Under the pieces are notes generated by a model that saw only the letters and a list, made by a program, of their open reading frames with translations, was not told the origin of the DNA and searched no databases. Source: Pseudomonadota bacterium (GTDB lineage Bacteria > Pseudomonadota > Gammaproteobacteria > Steroidobacterales > Steroidobacteraceae). From it: a DNA stretch of 64,000 bases. Where the stretch lies: NCBI GenBank assembly GCA_963204795.1, contig CAUJHX010000182.1:56903-120902 (forward strand), written 5' to 3'. The position numbers and the translations under genes are program-made. Of the stretch, positions 55,988-63,599 are shown piece after piece (positions within the stretch are counted from its first letter, which is position 1; each line of letters starts with the position of its first letter).

Positions 55988-57030
55988 TCCGCCTCTACGG
56001 TCACCACAAGGGCGAGAGTTCATTCGTCCAGGTCACCCGTGGCCTGCGAGCGGCGGCCAAGTCGGCCGAGCTGCTCGCAGGCGAGGTCGCCGTGGACATG
56101 CTGGAGCAGGAACGCGTGCAGCCGGGAGCAGACGCTCTCGTTGGGCTCTTCTGTGGCGCCCCGCTCAGCATCGCTCTGGGGCCGCGTATGGGGCTGCACA
56201 AGGAACACTGGTTGCTGCTCGCCCCGAACAGCGAAGGGATCCCACCGTTCCTGAGAGAGCCGCTGTCCGCGGCGACAGGGTTCCTGGCCCCCAGCTCGTG
56301 GGCCGCCGACGTCTTGCGGCGTGAGTTTCCGTCACACCGGGTGCTGGTCGCTCCGCACGGCGTGCACCCGGATGTGCATATGCCCTCGGAAGAGGACCGC
56401 GAAGCGCGAACCAAGGAATACTCGGCCGGCACGTTTCGCGTTGCGCACTTCACGAGCACGCTGGGCCAGCGCAAAGGGACACTGCAGCTCCTGAGCGCAT
56501 GGAGGAACTGGTCCGAGAAGCCAGCGGGAGCACAGTTGCTCATCGTGGCCAACCCGCTCGCGGTCAACGAGTACCTGTGGCGAGCGAAGGAAATGGGGGT
56601 AGATCCAAAGACGGTGGGCGTCGTCGCGAATCCGGAGGCGCCAGTCTCCGCGCTGGCGGCAGCGCTGCGTCACGCTCACGTCGTCTGCCAGCCATCGCGC
56701 GCAGAGGGCTTTGGGATCGTGCCGCTCGAAGCTCGGGCTTGCGGCGTTCCGGTCGTGATGACGAAGTGCACCGGACACCGTGAATTTTGGAGCCCGCAAG
56801 GCACCGTCACGGTCGCACACGGCGACCTGGAGCCGCTCGACGACTACCCGGGGGCCGTGGCGCCGTCTGTGTCATCTGAAGCCATCCGGCTGGCGCTTTC
56901 CGAAGCCTTTGAGACCTGGCTCGCGCTGTCCGATGAAGCGGCGCGCGACGCCGACTCTGTGCGCTGGGAATGGTCGTGGCAGAAGCAGAATGCACCGGTG
57001 CTCCAAGAGCTGGTTGACGGGGCGCGCTAG
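55984..57030 (+). CDS. GT4-family glycosyltransferase
   Basis: 348 aa from GTG 55984 (GTGA overlap). Contains SRAEGFGIVPLEARACGVPVVMT (the classic GT4 EX7E region) and FTSTLGQRKG. Confidence 0.75.
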   Translation: MIRLYGHHKGESSFVQVTRGLRAAAKSAELLAGEVAVDMLEQERVQPGADALVGLFCGAPLSIALGPRMGLHKEHWLLLAPNSEGIPPFLREPLSAATGFLAPSSWAADVLRREFPSHRVLVAPHGVHPDVHMPSEEDREARTKEYSAGTFRVAHFTSTLGQRKGTLQLLSAWRNWSEKPAGAQLLIVANPLAVNEYLWRAKEMGVDPKTVGVVANPEAPVSALAAALRHAHVVCQPSRAEGFGIVPLEARACGVPVVMTKCTGHREFWSPQGTVTVAHGDLEPLDDYPGAVAPSVSSEAIRLALSEAFETWLALSDEAARDADSVRWEWSWQKQNAPVLQELVDGAR

Positions 57031-57042
57031 CCGAGCTAGCAG
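57014..57042 (+). promoter_or_regulatory. promoter candidate, leaderless design, -10 embedded in the GCTAGC pair
   Basis: TTGACG (57014-57019), N17, TAGCAG (57037-57042), N7, ATG 57050. Confidence 0.5.
57026..57040. repeat. tandem palindrome GCTAGC-N3-GCTAGC (site 4 of 4)
   Basis: GCTAGC at 57026-57031 and 57035-57040. The first copy contains the TAG stop of the GT gene. Confidence 0.9.
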
Positions 57043-57049
57043 AGCAGCG

Positions 57050-57385
57050 ATGTCCGACAAAGAGGATCTGGTCAGCAAGAACTACTGGTATTGGTTCGAC
57101 GGCAAGCCTGTCTTGGTGCAGCTACACGAGCCGTGGGTGGGCGTGACCTACCCGAACGATCCGGTGCTGCAGAAGGACGAGAGCGGCAAGCCCGTCGGAG
57201 TTGTGACGGTCCCTTTTCTCAAGGGGATCTGCCACGTGCACCCCGACGGTGACGACGTGATGTTCGTGCTGGAGACGACAGACCCCAACCCGAACGCCCG
57301 CGCCATGGCGTTCATTGCGATTCGTCGCGAGCTGGTCGCCTTCATCACGCATATCGAAAGGCGCCTCGTAGAGCCGTCAGCGTGA
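57050..57385 (+). CDS. hypothetical protein (111 aa)
   Basis: Starts MSDKEDLVSKNYWYWFDGKPV. No SD; leaderless-type context. Confidence 0.55.
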   Translation: MSDKEDLVSKNYWYWFDGKPVLVQLHEPWVGVTYPNDPVLQKDESGKPVGVVTVPFLKGICHVHPDGDDVMFVLETTDPNPNARAMAFIAIRRELVAFITHIERRLVEPSA

Positions 57386-57990
57386 AGAAGTTCCGCCTCT
57401 GGTTGATCGCCCGGGTGGCAGAGACGAAGTACGCGCGCGATCCGGTGGCCGACGATGCTGCGCTGGAAGCCCTAGCGCAGAAGATGGGTTTGCAGCCGGA
57501 CTTGCTGGCAGAGGCCAGAGTGCGCGCTCGCACGCTGGGTCGCGCGCCGACCGGGCAGAACCAGGGGGACCGAAGGCTGGTGGCGGTGTCCTGTGCCGAG
57601 GCTCCGTACCGGGCCTGGGAGAAACATGTGGACACGTGGGGAGGCATCAGCCAGTCGGACCTATTGCGCTCCCTGATCTATGCCTACCTCTGCGGCACGT
57701 ACGAGCCTCCGTGTGAGCGACTGACGCGGCTCTGGGTCTGGGACGGGAGGCACGTGACGGTCACCAGGATCAAGGGGCGCCCGGCGTACTCGATTCACAG
57801 CTTCATCAAGCGCGGCGCGTACGTGGCCTTGGTGGAACGCGCGCGGCGCCTGAACCACACGGTGACAGCGCTCCTGCGCGCGCTTATCCTGGAGAACATG
57901 GATGGCCGGTTCGGTCAGCGCGGCGCCTTGACGATTCTGGATCTGCGCAGCATGCCGGGAGACCCGGAGTTCTACCTGAAGGGGCAGTGA
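57382..57990 (+). CDS. possible tandem ribbon-helix-helix DNA-binding protein (202 aa)
   Basis: GTGA overlap. Two segments show a strand-helix-helix pattern: RRLVAVSCAEAPYRAWEKHVDTWGGISQSDLLRSLIYAYL and KRGAYVALVERARRLNHTVTALLRALILE. Confidence 0.35.
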   Translation: MKKFRLWLIARVAETKYARDPVADDAALEALAQKMGLQPDLLAEARVRARTLGRAPTGQNQGDRRLVAVSCAEAPYRAWEKHVDTWGGISQSDLLRSLIYAYLCGTYEPPCERLTRLWVWDGRHVTVTRIKGRPAYSIHSFIKRGAYVALVERARRLNHTVTALLRALILENMDGRFGQRGALTILDLRSMPGDPEFYLKGQ

Positions 57991-58412
57991 TGGTTGGATA
58001 CGCGCACAGCCTGACGAGCTACACGACGAACGAGCTGTGGTACTCGGCGACGGCGACGGCCACCGCGACCACCACGGCGTTCGACTACTACCAGGGCGGC
58101 TTCAGTATGCCGGCGACGGCCACCTGGGACAACGGCGTGAACCCGGCGGCGGAGCTGGCCGCCCTGGCCCTTCGGAAGCTCGGGCGTCACCTGGTCGCCG
58201 ACGATCTGCGCGACCGCTGGCGCGAGTGGACCAAGTCCGCCAAGTGGCTAGAGGCCTACCTGCTGCGGCTTGACGTGCGCGACGAGGCCCTTCGCAGCCT
58301 GGCGAGGCATATGCGCCAAAGAGAGCCCAGGCGCCGGCCGCCACGAGCGCGAGCGCGCACCTGCAGCTTCAGCTCGGCGCGGGCGGCTCGCCCGCCAGAG
58401 GCCGTCTCGTGA
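57987..58412 (+). CDS. hypothetical protein (141 aa)
   Basis: Overlap-coupled to the upstream gene. Thr/Ala-rich N-terminus and Arg-rich C-terminus. Confidence 0.45.
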   Translation: MMVGYAHSLTSYTTNELWYSATATATATTTAFDYYQGGFSMPATATWDNGVNPAAELAALALRKLGRHLVADDLRDRWREWTKSAKWLEAYLLRLDVRDEALRSLARHMRQREPRRRPPRARARTCSFSSARAARPPEAVS

Positions 58413-58690
58413 CCGAAGAGAGGCGCTTCCCGGTCCTCCGGGGCACGCAGCGCGAGCGCGACGAGCTGGAGCGACTGGGCTGCCCCAGGAGCGTCCCGTG
58501 GGCCTTTGTGGCGCCTCACGAGGCCCAGGCGCTCGTGAACCACGACCAGACCCTGGAGCGCCTCGCGCAGCGCGGCGGGCTCAGCCCGAGCGAGCTGGTG
58601 GCCGTGGTGCGTGGTGAAGGGCTCCGGGTCGTCCTGGCCCGCCGGGACGAGGACGCGGTGCCGATACTGTTGGAGCTTCTGGCCCCATGA
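58409..58690 (+). CDS. hypothetical protein (93 aa)
   Basis: GTGA overlap. Confidence 0.5.
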   Translation: MTEERRFPVLRGTQRERDELERLGCPRSVPWAFVAPHEAQALVNHDQTLERLAQRGGLSPSELVAVVRGEGLRVVLARRDEDAVPILLELLAP

Positions 58691-58911
58691 AGCTCACGCC
58701 GGAGCAGTGCCGCCTGCTGGTGCTGGCAGTCGCGTCGTCCGCCGCCGCCTCCTTCAAAGGCGCTCTGGACCACGACGTTTTCGAGCCGCCCCCAAGGCCA
58801 CCGGCGCCAGATGTTCCCGAGGTGCTCGCCTGGTATCGCCGCCGCGAAGCCGAGGAGAAGGGTGCTGGGCGCGAGCGCCGAAGGGCTCGGAAGCGTGGCC
58901 AGCGCAGATGA
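58687..58911 (+). CDS. small hypothetical protein (74 aa), basic C-terminus
   Basis: ATGA overlap. Confidence 0.45.
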   Translation: MKLTPEQCRLLVLAVASSAAASFKGALDHDVFEPPPRPPAPDVPEVLAWYRRREAEEKGAGRERRRARKRGQRR

Positions 58912-58925
58912 GTCGATGTTAGTGT
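58896..58925 (+). promoter_or_regulatory. promoter candidate, leaderless design, for the recombinase gene
   Basis: TGGCCA (58896-58901), N18, TAGTGT (58920-58925), N7, GTG 58933. A TGTAACG half-site at 58923-58929 overlaps it. Confidence 0.3.
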
Positions 58926-58932
58926 AACGGGC

Positions 58933-61900
58933 GTGGAGCTGACCAAGAACCGCGCCGAGCTGGCCGTGCTGCGTGGCAAGCGCGCCCCAGAGCATATGGC
59001 CCTGTGGGTCCAGGCCTTCGCCGACGGCGACGAGGCACTGGCCCAGCGCTATGCCATCGCCGTCGCGACGTTCCTCGGTGACAGCACGGCCTCGGGCGAG
59101 GAGTGGGCGAGCTACGTCGGCAAGCTCTCGCCCCGCACGCGCGAGGCATATGCGTTCGCGGTCACGGAGTTCTTCGAGTGGGCAGCGCGCCAGCACGGTC
59201 AGATCGTTCCACCACACAAGGTGCTGCGCAAGGACGCCGAGGACTACGCGAACTGGCTCTCCAACCGACCGTTCTCGCTCACCGAAGAGAAGCTGAACGA
59301 CTTCGATCAGGAGCGACGCCGCACGATCTATGAGACCGTGGTGAAGATCGGGCCGGCGGACCGCCGCAGCATCTACGGAGCGCTGCCGGCGGCGATGAAG
59401 CCCGGCTACACGTTGGAGCTGCTGACGAGCACGCTGGGGCGCATGGTGCTGCACGACCTGCTCGACCGAAGCCCGACGCTCTCACAGGTACGCGTCGAGC
59501 ATCCGCGAGCAGGAATCGACCAGAACACCATCATGGTCCCCGGTCCCGATCCAGAGGGACCGTGGGTGCCCATGGAGCTGGCAGACGTCTTCCAGTATGC
59601 GATCCCGCGCCCGCGCGGCGTGTCTCGCTCCACCATCGCGCTCAGGCTCTCTGCGCTGAGCACCTTCTGGGACGTGCTCGCCCAGGGCGAGAACGTGCCC
59701 GGTGGCCACGCGATCATCCAGCACAACATCTTCAAGGGCATGAAGAAGCGCGTGACGCGCGGACTGAGCCGCGAACGCAAAGCGTCGGCGGCGTCGCGGC
59801 GCATGGACCCATCGCTCGTGCCGCGACTGCTCAACGCTGCGAACCTGGCCAAGACGCTCCCCGAGAAGCGCGACAAGGCGCTGTTGTACTTCCTGGTATT
59901 CACGGGATCTCGGCTTTCCGAGGCGGTCAACCTCCGAAGGGGGGAGCCTCCGGCGTCCGAGATCAACCGCTGGCCGGGGTGGTTCGTCGGCAACACGGAG
60001 CCGCCCGTCGTGCGCGTTCGGCGCAAAGGAGGCAAGCTCCAGTCGCTCCCGTTTCCCCCTGTCGCGCTGCGCGCGCTGGCAGACTTCCAGGCCGATCTGG
60101 ACAGGCGCTCCGCGCCGCTCAGCGCGCAGAGCAGCGACCCAAAGGCGCCGCACTACCTGCATCCCAACAGCCCGCGGTGGCGCTACCGCGAGCTGGCTCG
60201 CGCCTCCGACGCGCCGCTGTTTCCGCCGGTGCACTTCTGGGGCGCCAACAGCACGTACAACTACCAGGAGTTCAAGCCCAACGCCCCGAACACATATGGG
60301 CCTCCGACGTACCGCCGCTCCATGAGCAAGGCTGGCGTGTATCAGCTACTCGTGCGTCTCGCGCGCAGGGCCGGCCTGGTCGAGTCCGAGATCGAGCAGG
60401 TGCATCCACACGCGCTCCGACACTTCGCGGCAACCGCCATGGCGAAGGGCGGGAAAGACCTGCGCGAGATCCAGGCCATCCTCGGGCACGAGTCCGTCAC
60501 GACGACCGAGGGCTACCTGGCCGACATCGAGAACGTGGTGGCGCTCTCGGGCCAGGCCGAGATCCTGGAGTATCTGTCGCAGTTCGAGGGGGCGGCCGAG
60601 GCAGTGCCCCCGCCGCCCCCGCACGCGCCCAAGGCGCCTCCGAAGCGGGAGGTCATCGAGACCTACGGCATCCCGGCCCCGGAAGCCCCCAGGAGGCCGC
60701 CCAGAGAGCAGGAGCCGCAGGTTCCGGGGCAACCGCCACTGCGCCCGCCGAAGCCGCCGAAGCCGCCGAAGCCCGCCAAGGCCCCGCCGCCGGCCGTCGT
60801 CGCGGCAGCCCAGGCTGCGTCTCGCGTGCCGCCGGCGGAGACCGCAGCCGTCCAGGCGCTCGCTCCAGCATATGTGGCGCCAGAGGAGCTTCCGCCGCAC
60901 ACCCTGGCGGTCGTGCCGCACGTCACCTGGCCGGAGGCGGCGTCCATCCCGACGGCCGCCGGGCGCGTCACGGTCTACCAGGAGCCACCGGAGCCACGCG
61001 CGGCGCCCGAGCGCAAGATCGTGGCGGTCGAAGGCGATCCCATCCCGGAAGAGGTGAAGGCCGACATCGCGCTCAACCAGATCCGCGACAAGCAGAGCCC
61101 CGGCTCACCGGACGATGTCTACGAAGCGATGGAGCGCGGTGATCAGTGGGAGAGCATCGAGTTCACGCTGTTGCGACCCCGGAAGCGCCCGCGGGACGAC
61201 GACCTTGTGACCCTGAGCGGGAGCAAGGAGCGCAAGGACGAGCAGGTCCAGACGCGCTCACCCCGCCACGAGTTCCTGGCGACGTTCTACGATCCGTGGC
61301 CGCCGAACTACGGCATCGGGACCGTGAGCTTGCTTCCGTGGTTCACCAGAGGAAGGCCAGACGCGAAAGGGCGCGTCAAGGCTCCGAATGACGAGGGCGA
61401 ATGGGTTGAGATCCCACCGCTGCCGGTGCTTTCTCCGGAGCAGGTATTAGCTGAGACTACCGGTACGCATGTGCTCGACGGGCTAGAGGCGCTGTACGCA
61501 CTCTGGCTCACCGGAGATCCTGCGCAAGGAATTGCTCCGTCGCCGTCGAGAACCTTCGGCCTTGTGCGCTGGTACGGATTCTTTGCGCACACGACGGGAG
61601 CGTTGCAGGCGTATCTCCGCGACAAAAAGAAGGAGTACGACCGCATCGGCAGTTCTTCCATGGGAACACCCGTGGCCAATGTTCCGACATGGGTCGCATG
61701 GGACGTACTTGCAACCGTCGGCAAGAACGTGCGCGCCCACAAGGACGAATGGGTGCTGGCCTGGTTCCGAGAGAACGCCCACACCTACACCACTACGCTC
61801 AAGGCATATGAGCGCATGAAGGGCAAGGAAGCTAAGCCCGGAGAACAGGTCTTCACGCGCGCTTTTGAGGTGGCAACAGTCGAGGCTGAGTCTATGGCTC

Positions 61901-63597
61901 TGCGCACGACCTTGCCGGGGTGGTTTGCCGACAACGATCCAGTGCACGCCATCTACGAGCGAGATCCCAAGGAATGGGAGACGTTCGCGTCCTGGCTGGC
62001 CAACATCACGGGACAGAAGCTCGGCGCCGCTCGTCGCGAGGCTCGCGCTGACGCTGCCGAATATGCTGAGAAGTCGTGGGAGGAGAAGCGCGAGGAGGCG
62101 CGAGACCTCTTGCGGCAGCACACCGAGGTCATGGAGAAGTTGCGATTCATCCAGCTCATGCTGGCTGGCCAGCGTCCCGTGCTACCCGAGAGAGTCGACC
62201 GAAGCGTCATCCCCAGAACCGGGCAGGTGGACGATCTGCAAGCCGAAAAGTTGCTGGTAGAGTGGGAGCGGCAGGAAGTTGCGCGCGCGCTGCAGGCGCT
62301 CGGGATGCCGGATCCATTGGAGCTGCGAGAAGTGCGTAGCGCCGAAGAGTCGAGCGACGTCCAGGCCGCAAGCGACGCTAAGGCTGCCGAAGCGGAAGCC
62401 AAGGCTGCTGGCATCGACGTCTCAGAGCTACATCCGAAGCCCGAGAAGCATCCGCTCACCCCAGAGCGGGTCAACGAGCTACTGAAGAAGTACTTTCCGG
62501 CTCCGCCCGAAGAAGAGGACGCCAACCTGCTTCGTGGTAGCTCACTCTTCGACGCGCGGCTCCTCAACATCGACTACCGCAGCCACACGATCTCGCACAC
62601 GCCAGAGTACCGGGAGACGTTTGCGGAGCAGTACGACGGGCGCGATTCGGAGCTGGTCATGCGACGCGCGGCGCGCGCCATGTGGGAGTACGCCAAAAGA
62701 AACACCTTCCTGCTGCAGCCGCCGGAGAAGCGTACGAAGCGGAAGGAAGAGGGCTACGGCCCTCTGTATGCGGTGATGCTTTGCCACATTGCGTGGGTGG
62801 TCCCGGCCCCCGAGGAGATGGAGCGTCAAGCTGTCGCCTCCGGGCGCGTGAGCAAGCTCGGCCCCGAAGCGAGAAAGGACTACCTCGCTGCCCAGGCACA
62901 GCTGCTCTATGAGCTTGCATATGGGCGACGACCGGAGCCGAAGCTCAAGCTGACAGAGTCAGAGACTCAGGAAGAGCGAGTGGCCTACGTGATGCGCATG
63001 ATGGCCGAGAAGGGATCTCCGCGCACGGAAGCAGAGGTCAGGGCCGCCTGGGAGAGCTTCGACGTCGCGAACGTGATCTTCGGCGAGTCCGAGCTGGCCC
63101 CAGAAGCCGAATTGCGCGAGATCGCGCAGTACCTTGGGGCCGAGGGTTTTATGACAGCGCTCCCCACGCGAGAAACAGCCGAGGCCGGTCGCGCCGAAGA
63201 GCGCAAAGCCAGGCGAAAGGCGAAGCCCAAGGTTGCGGAAGCGGCCCCCGAGGTCGAGTGGGCCCCCAAGCTCAAAGAGGGCGAGCGCGTCATAGTCCCC
63301 GGCGTCCTCAAGCGAGCCCCCAAGCAGACCGGCAAGCCCGGCAAGCTCACGGCGAACGTGGGCGCAGCGATCACGTTCGAGTACATGACCAACGAGAGCG
63401 TGGGCGCCTGGTATCAGACGCGCTGCGAGTTCCTGCCGCCCGACGGCAAGAGGTACATGGCCAACAAGGGCACCGTGACCTACGTGAGCCCGGGCGCGAT
63501 GGCGCACAAGCGCAGGTTCCTGGTCAACGCGCGCGGCGTGCTGCCGTCGCCGTTGGCCATGATCGCTGCGATGAACCTAGCGGCGGTAGAGGCGTAG
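58933..63597 (+). CDS. giant tyrosine recombinase fusion protein (1554 aa)
   Basis: N-terminal SAM-like core-binding region (SPRTREAYAFAVTEFFEWAARQHG). Catalytic motifs FTGSRLSEAVNLR (Arg), RKGGKLQSLPF (Lys), HPHALRHFAAT (HxxR) and ILGHESVTTTEGYL (His and Tyr), all within about the first 530 aa. A Pro-rich linker follows (PPKPPKPPKPAKAPPP). The remaining roughly 900 aa show no motif I recognise. Confidence 0.8.
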   Translation: MELTKNRAELAVLRGKRAPEHMALWVQAFADGDEALAQRYAIAVATFLGDSTASGEEWASYVGKLSPRTREAYAFAVTEFFEWAARQHGQIVPPHKVLRKDAEDYANWLSNRPFSLTEEKLNDFDQERRRTIYETVVKIGPADRRSIYGALPAAMKPGYTLELLTSTLGRMVLHDLLDRSPTLSQVRVEHPRAGIDQNTIMVPGPDPEGPWVPMELADVFQYAIPRPRGVSRSTIALRLSALSTFWDVLAQGENVPGGHAIIQHNIFKGMKKRVTRGLSRERKASAASRRMDPSLVPRLLNAANLAKTLPEKRDKALLYFLVFTGSRLSEAVNLRRGEPPASEINRWPGWFVGNTEPPVVRVRRKGGKLQSLPFPPVALRALADFQADLDRRSAPLSAQSSDPKAPHYLHPNSPRWRYRELARASDAPLFPPVHFWGANSTYNYQEFKPNAPNTYGPPTYRRSMSKAGVYQLLVRLARRAGLVESEIEQVHPHALRHFAATAMAKGGKDLREIQAILGHESVTTTEGYLADIENVVALSGQAEILEYLSQFEGAAEAVPPPPPHAPKAPPKREVIETYGIPAPEAPRRPPREQEPQVPGQPPLRPPKPPKPPKPAKAPPPAVVAAAQAASRVPPAETAAVQALAPAYVAPEELPPHTLAVVPHVTWPEAASIPTAAGRVTVYQEPPEPRAAPERKIVAVEGDPIPEEVKADIALNQIRDKQSPGSPDDVYEAMERGDQWESIEFTLLRPRKRPRDDDLVTLSGSKERKDEQVQTRSPRHEFLATFYDPWPPNYGIGTVSLLPWFTRGRPDAKGRVKAPNDEGEWVEIPPLPVLSPEQVLAETTGTHVLDGLEALYALWLTGDPAQGIAPSPSRTFGLVRWYGFFAHTTGALQAYLRDKKKEYDRIGSSSMGTPVANVPTWVAWDVLATVGKNVRAHKDEWVLAWFRENAHTYTTTLKAYERMKGKEAKPGEQVFTRAFEVATVEAESMALRTTLPGWFADNDPVHAIYERDPKEWETFASWLANITGQKLGAARREARADAAEYAEKSWEEKREEARDLLRQHTEVMEKLRFIQLMLAGQRPVLPERVDRSVIPRTGQVDDLQAEKLLVEWERQEVARALQALGMPDPLELREVRSAEESSDVQAASDAKAAEAEAKAAGIDVSELHPKPEKHPLTPERVNELLKKYFPAPPEEEDANLLRGSSLFDARLLNIDYRSHTISHTPEYRETFAEQYDGRDSELVMRRAARAMWEYAKRNTFLLQPPEKRTKRKEEGYGPLYAVMLCHIAWVVPAPEEMERQAVASGRVSKLGPEARKDYLAAQAQLLYELAYGRRPEPKLKLTESETQEERVAYVMRMMAEKGSPRTEAEVRAAWESFDVANVIFGESELAPEAELREIAQYLGAEGFMTALPTRETAEAGRAEERKARRKAKPKVAEAAPEVEWAPKLKEGERVIVPGVLKRAPKQTGKPGKLTANVGAAITFEYMTNESVGAWYQTRCEFLPPDGKRYMANKGTVTYVSPGAMAHKRRFLVNARGVLPSPLAMIAAMNLAAVEA

Positions 63598-63599
63598 GG

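Noticed and set aside
58933-63597. A tRNA gene or tRNA-fragment attP near or inside the recombinase gene, and tRNA genes elsewhere in the window.
   Set aside because: No T-arm-like GGTTCGAATCC-type sequence or cloverleaf was seen by eye. Without a search tool this is a weak negative, so no att site is reported.
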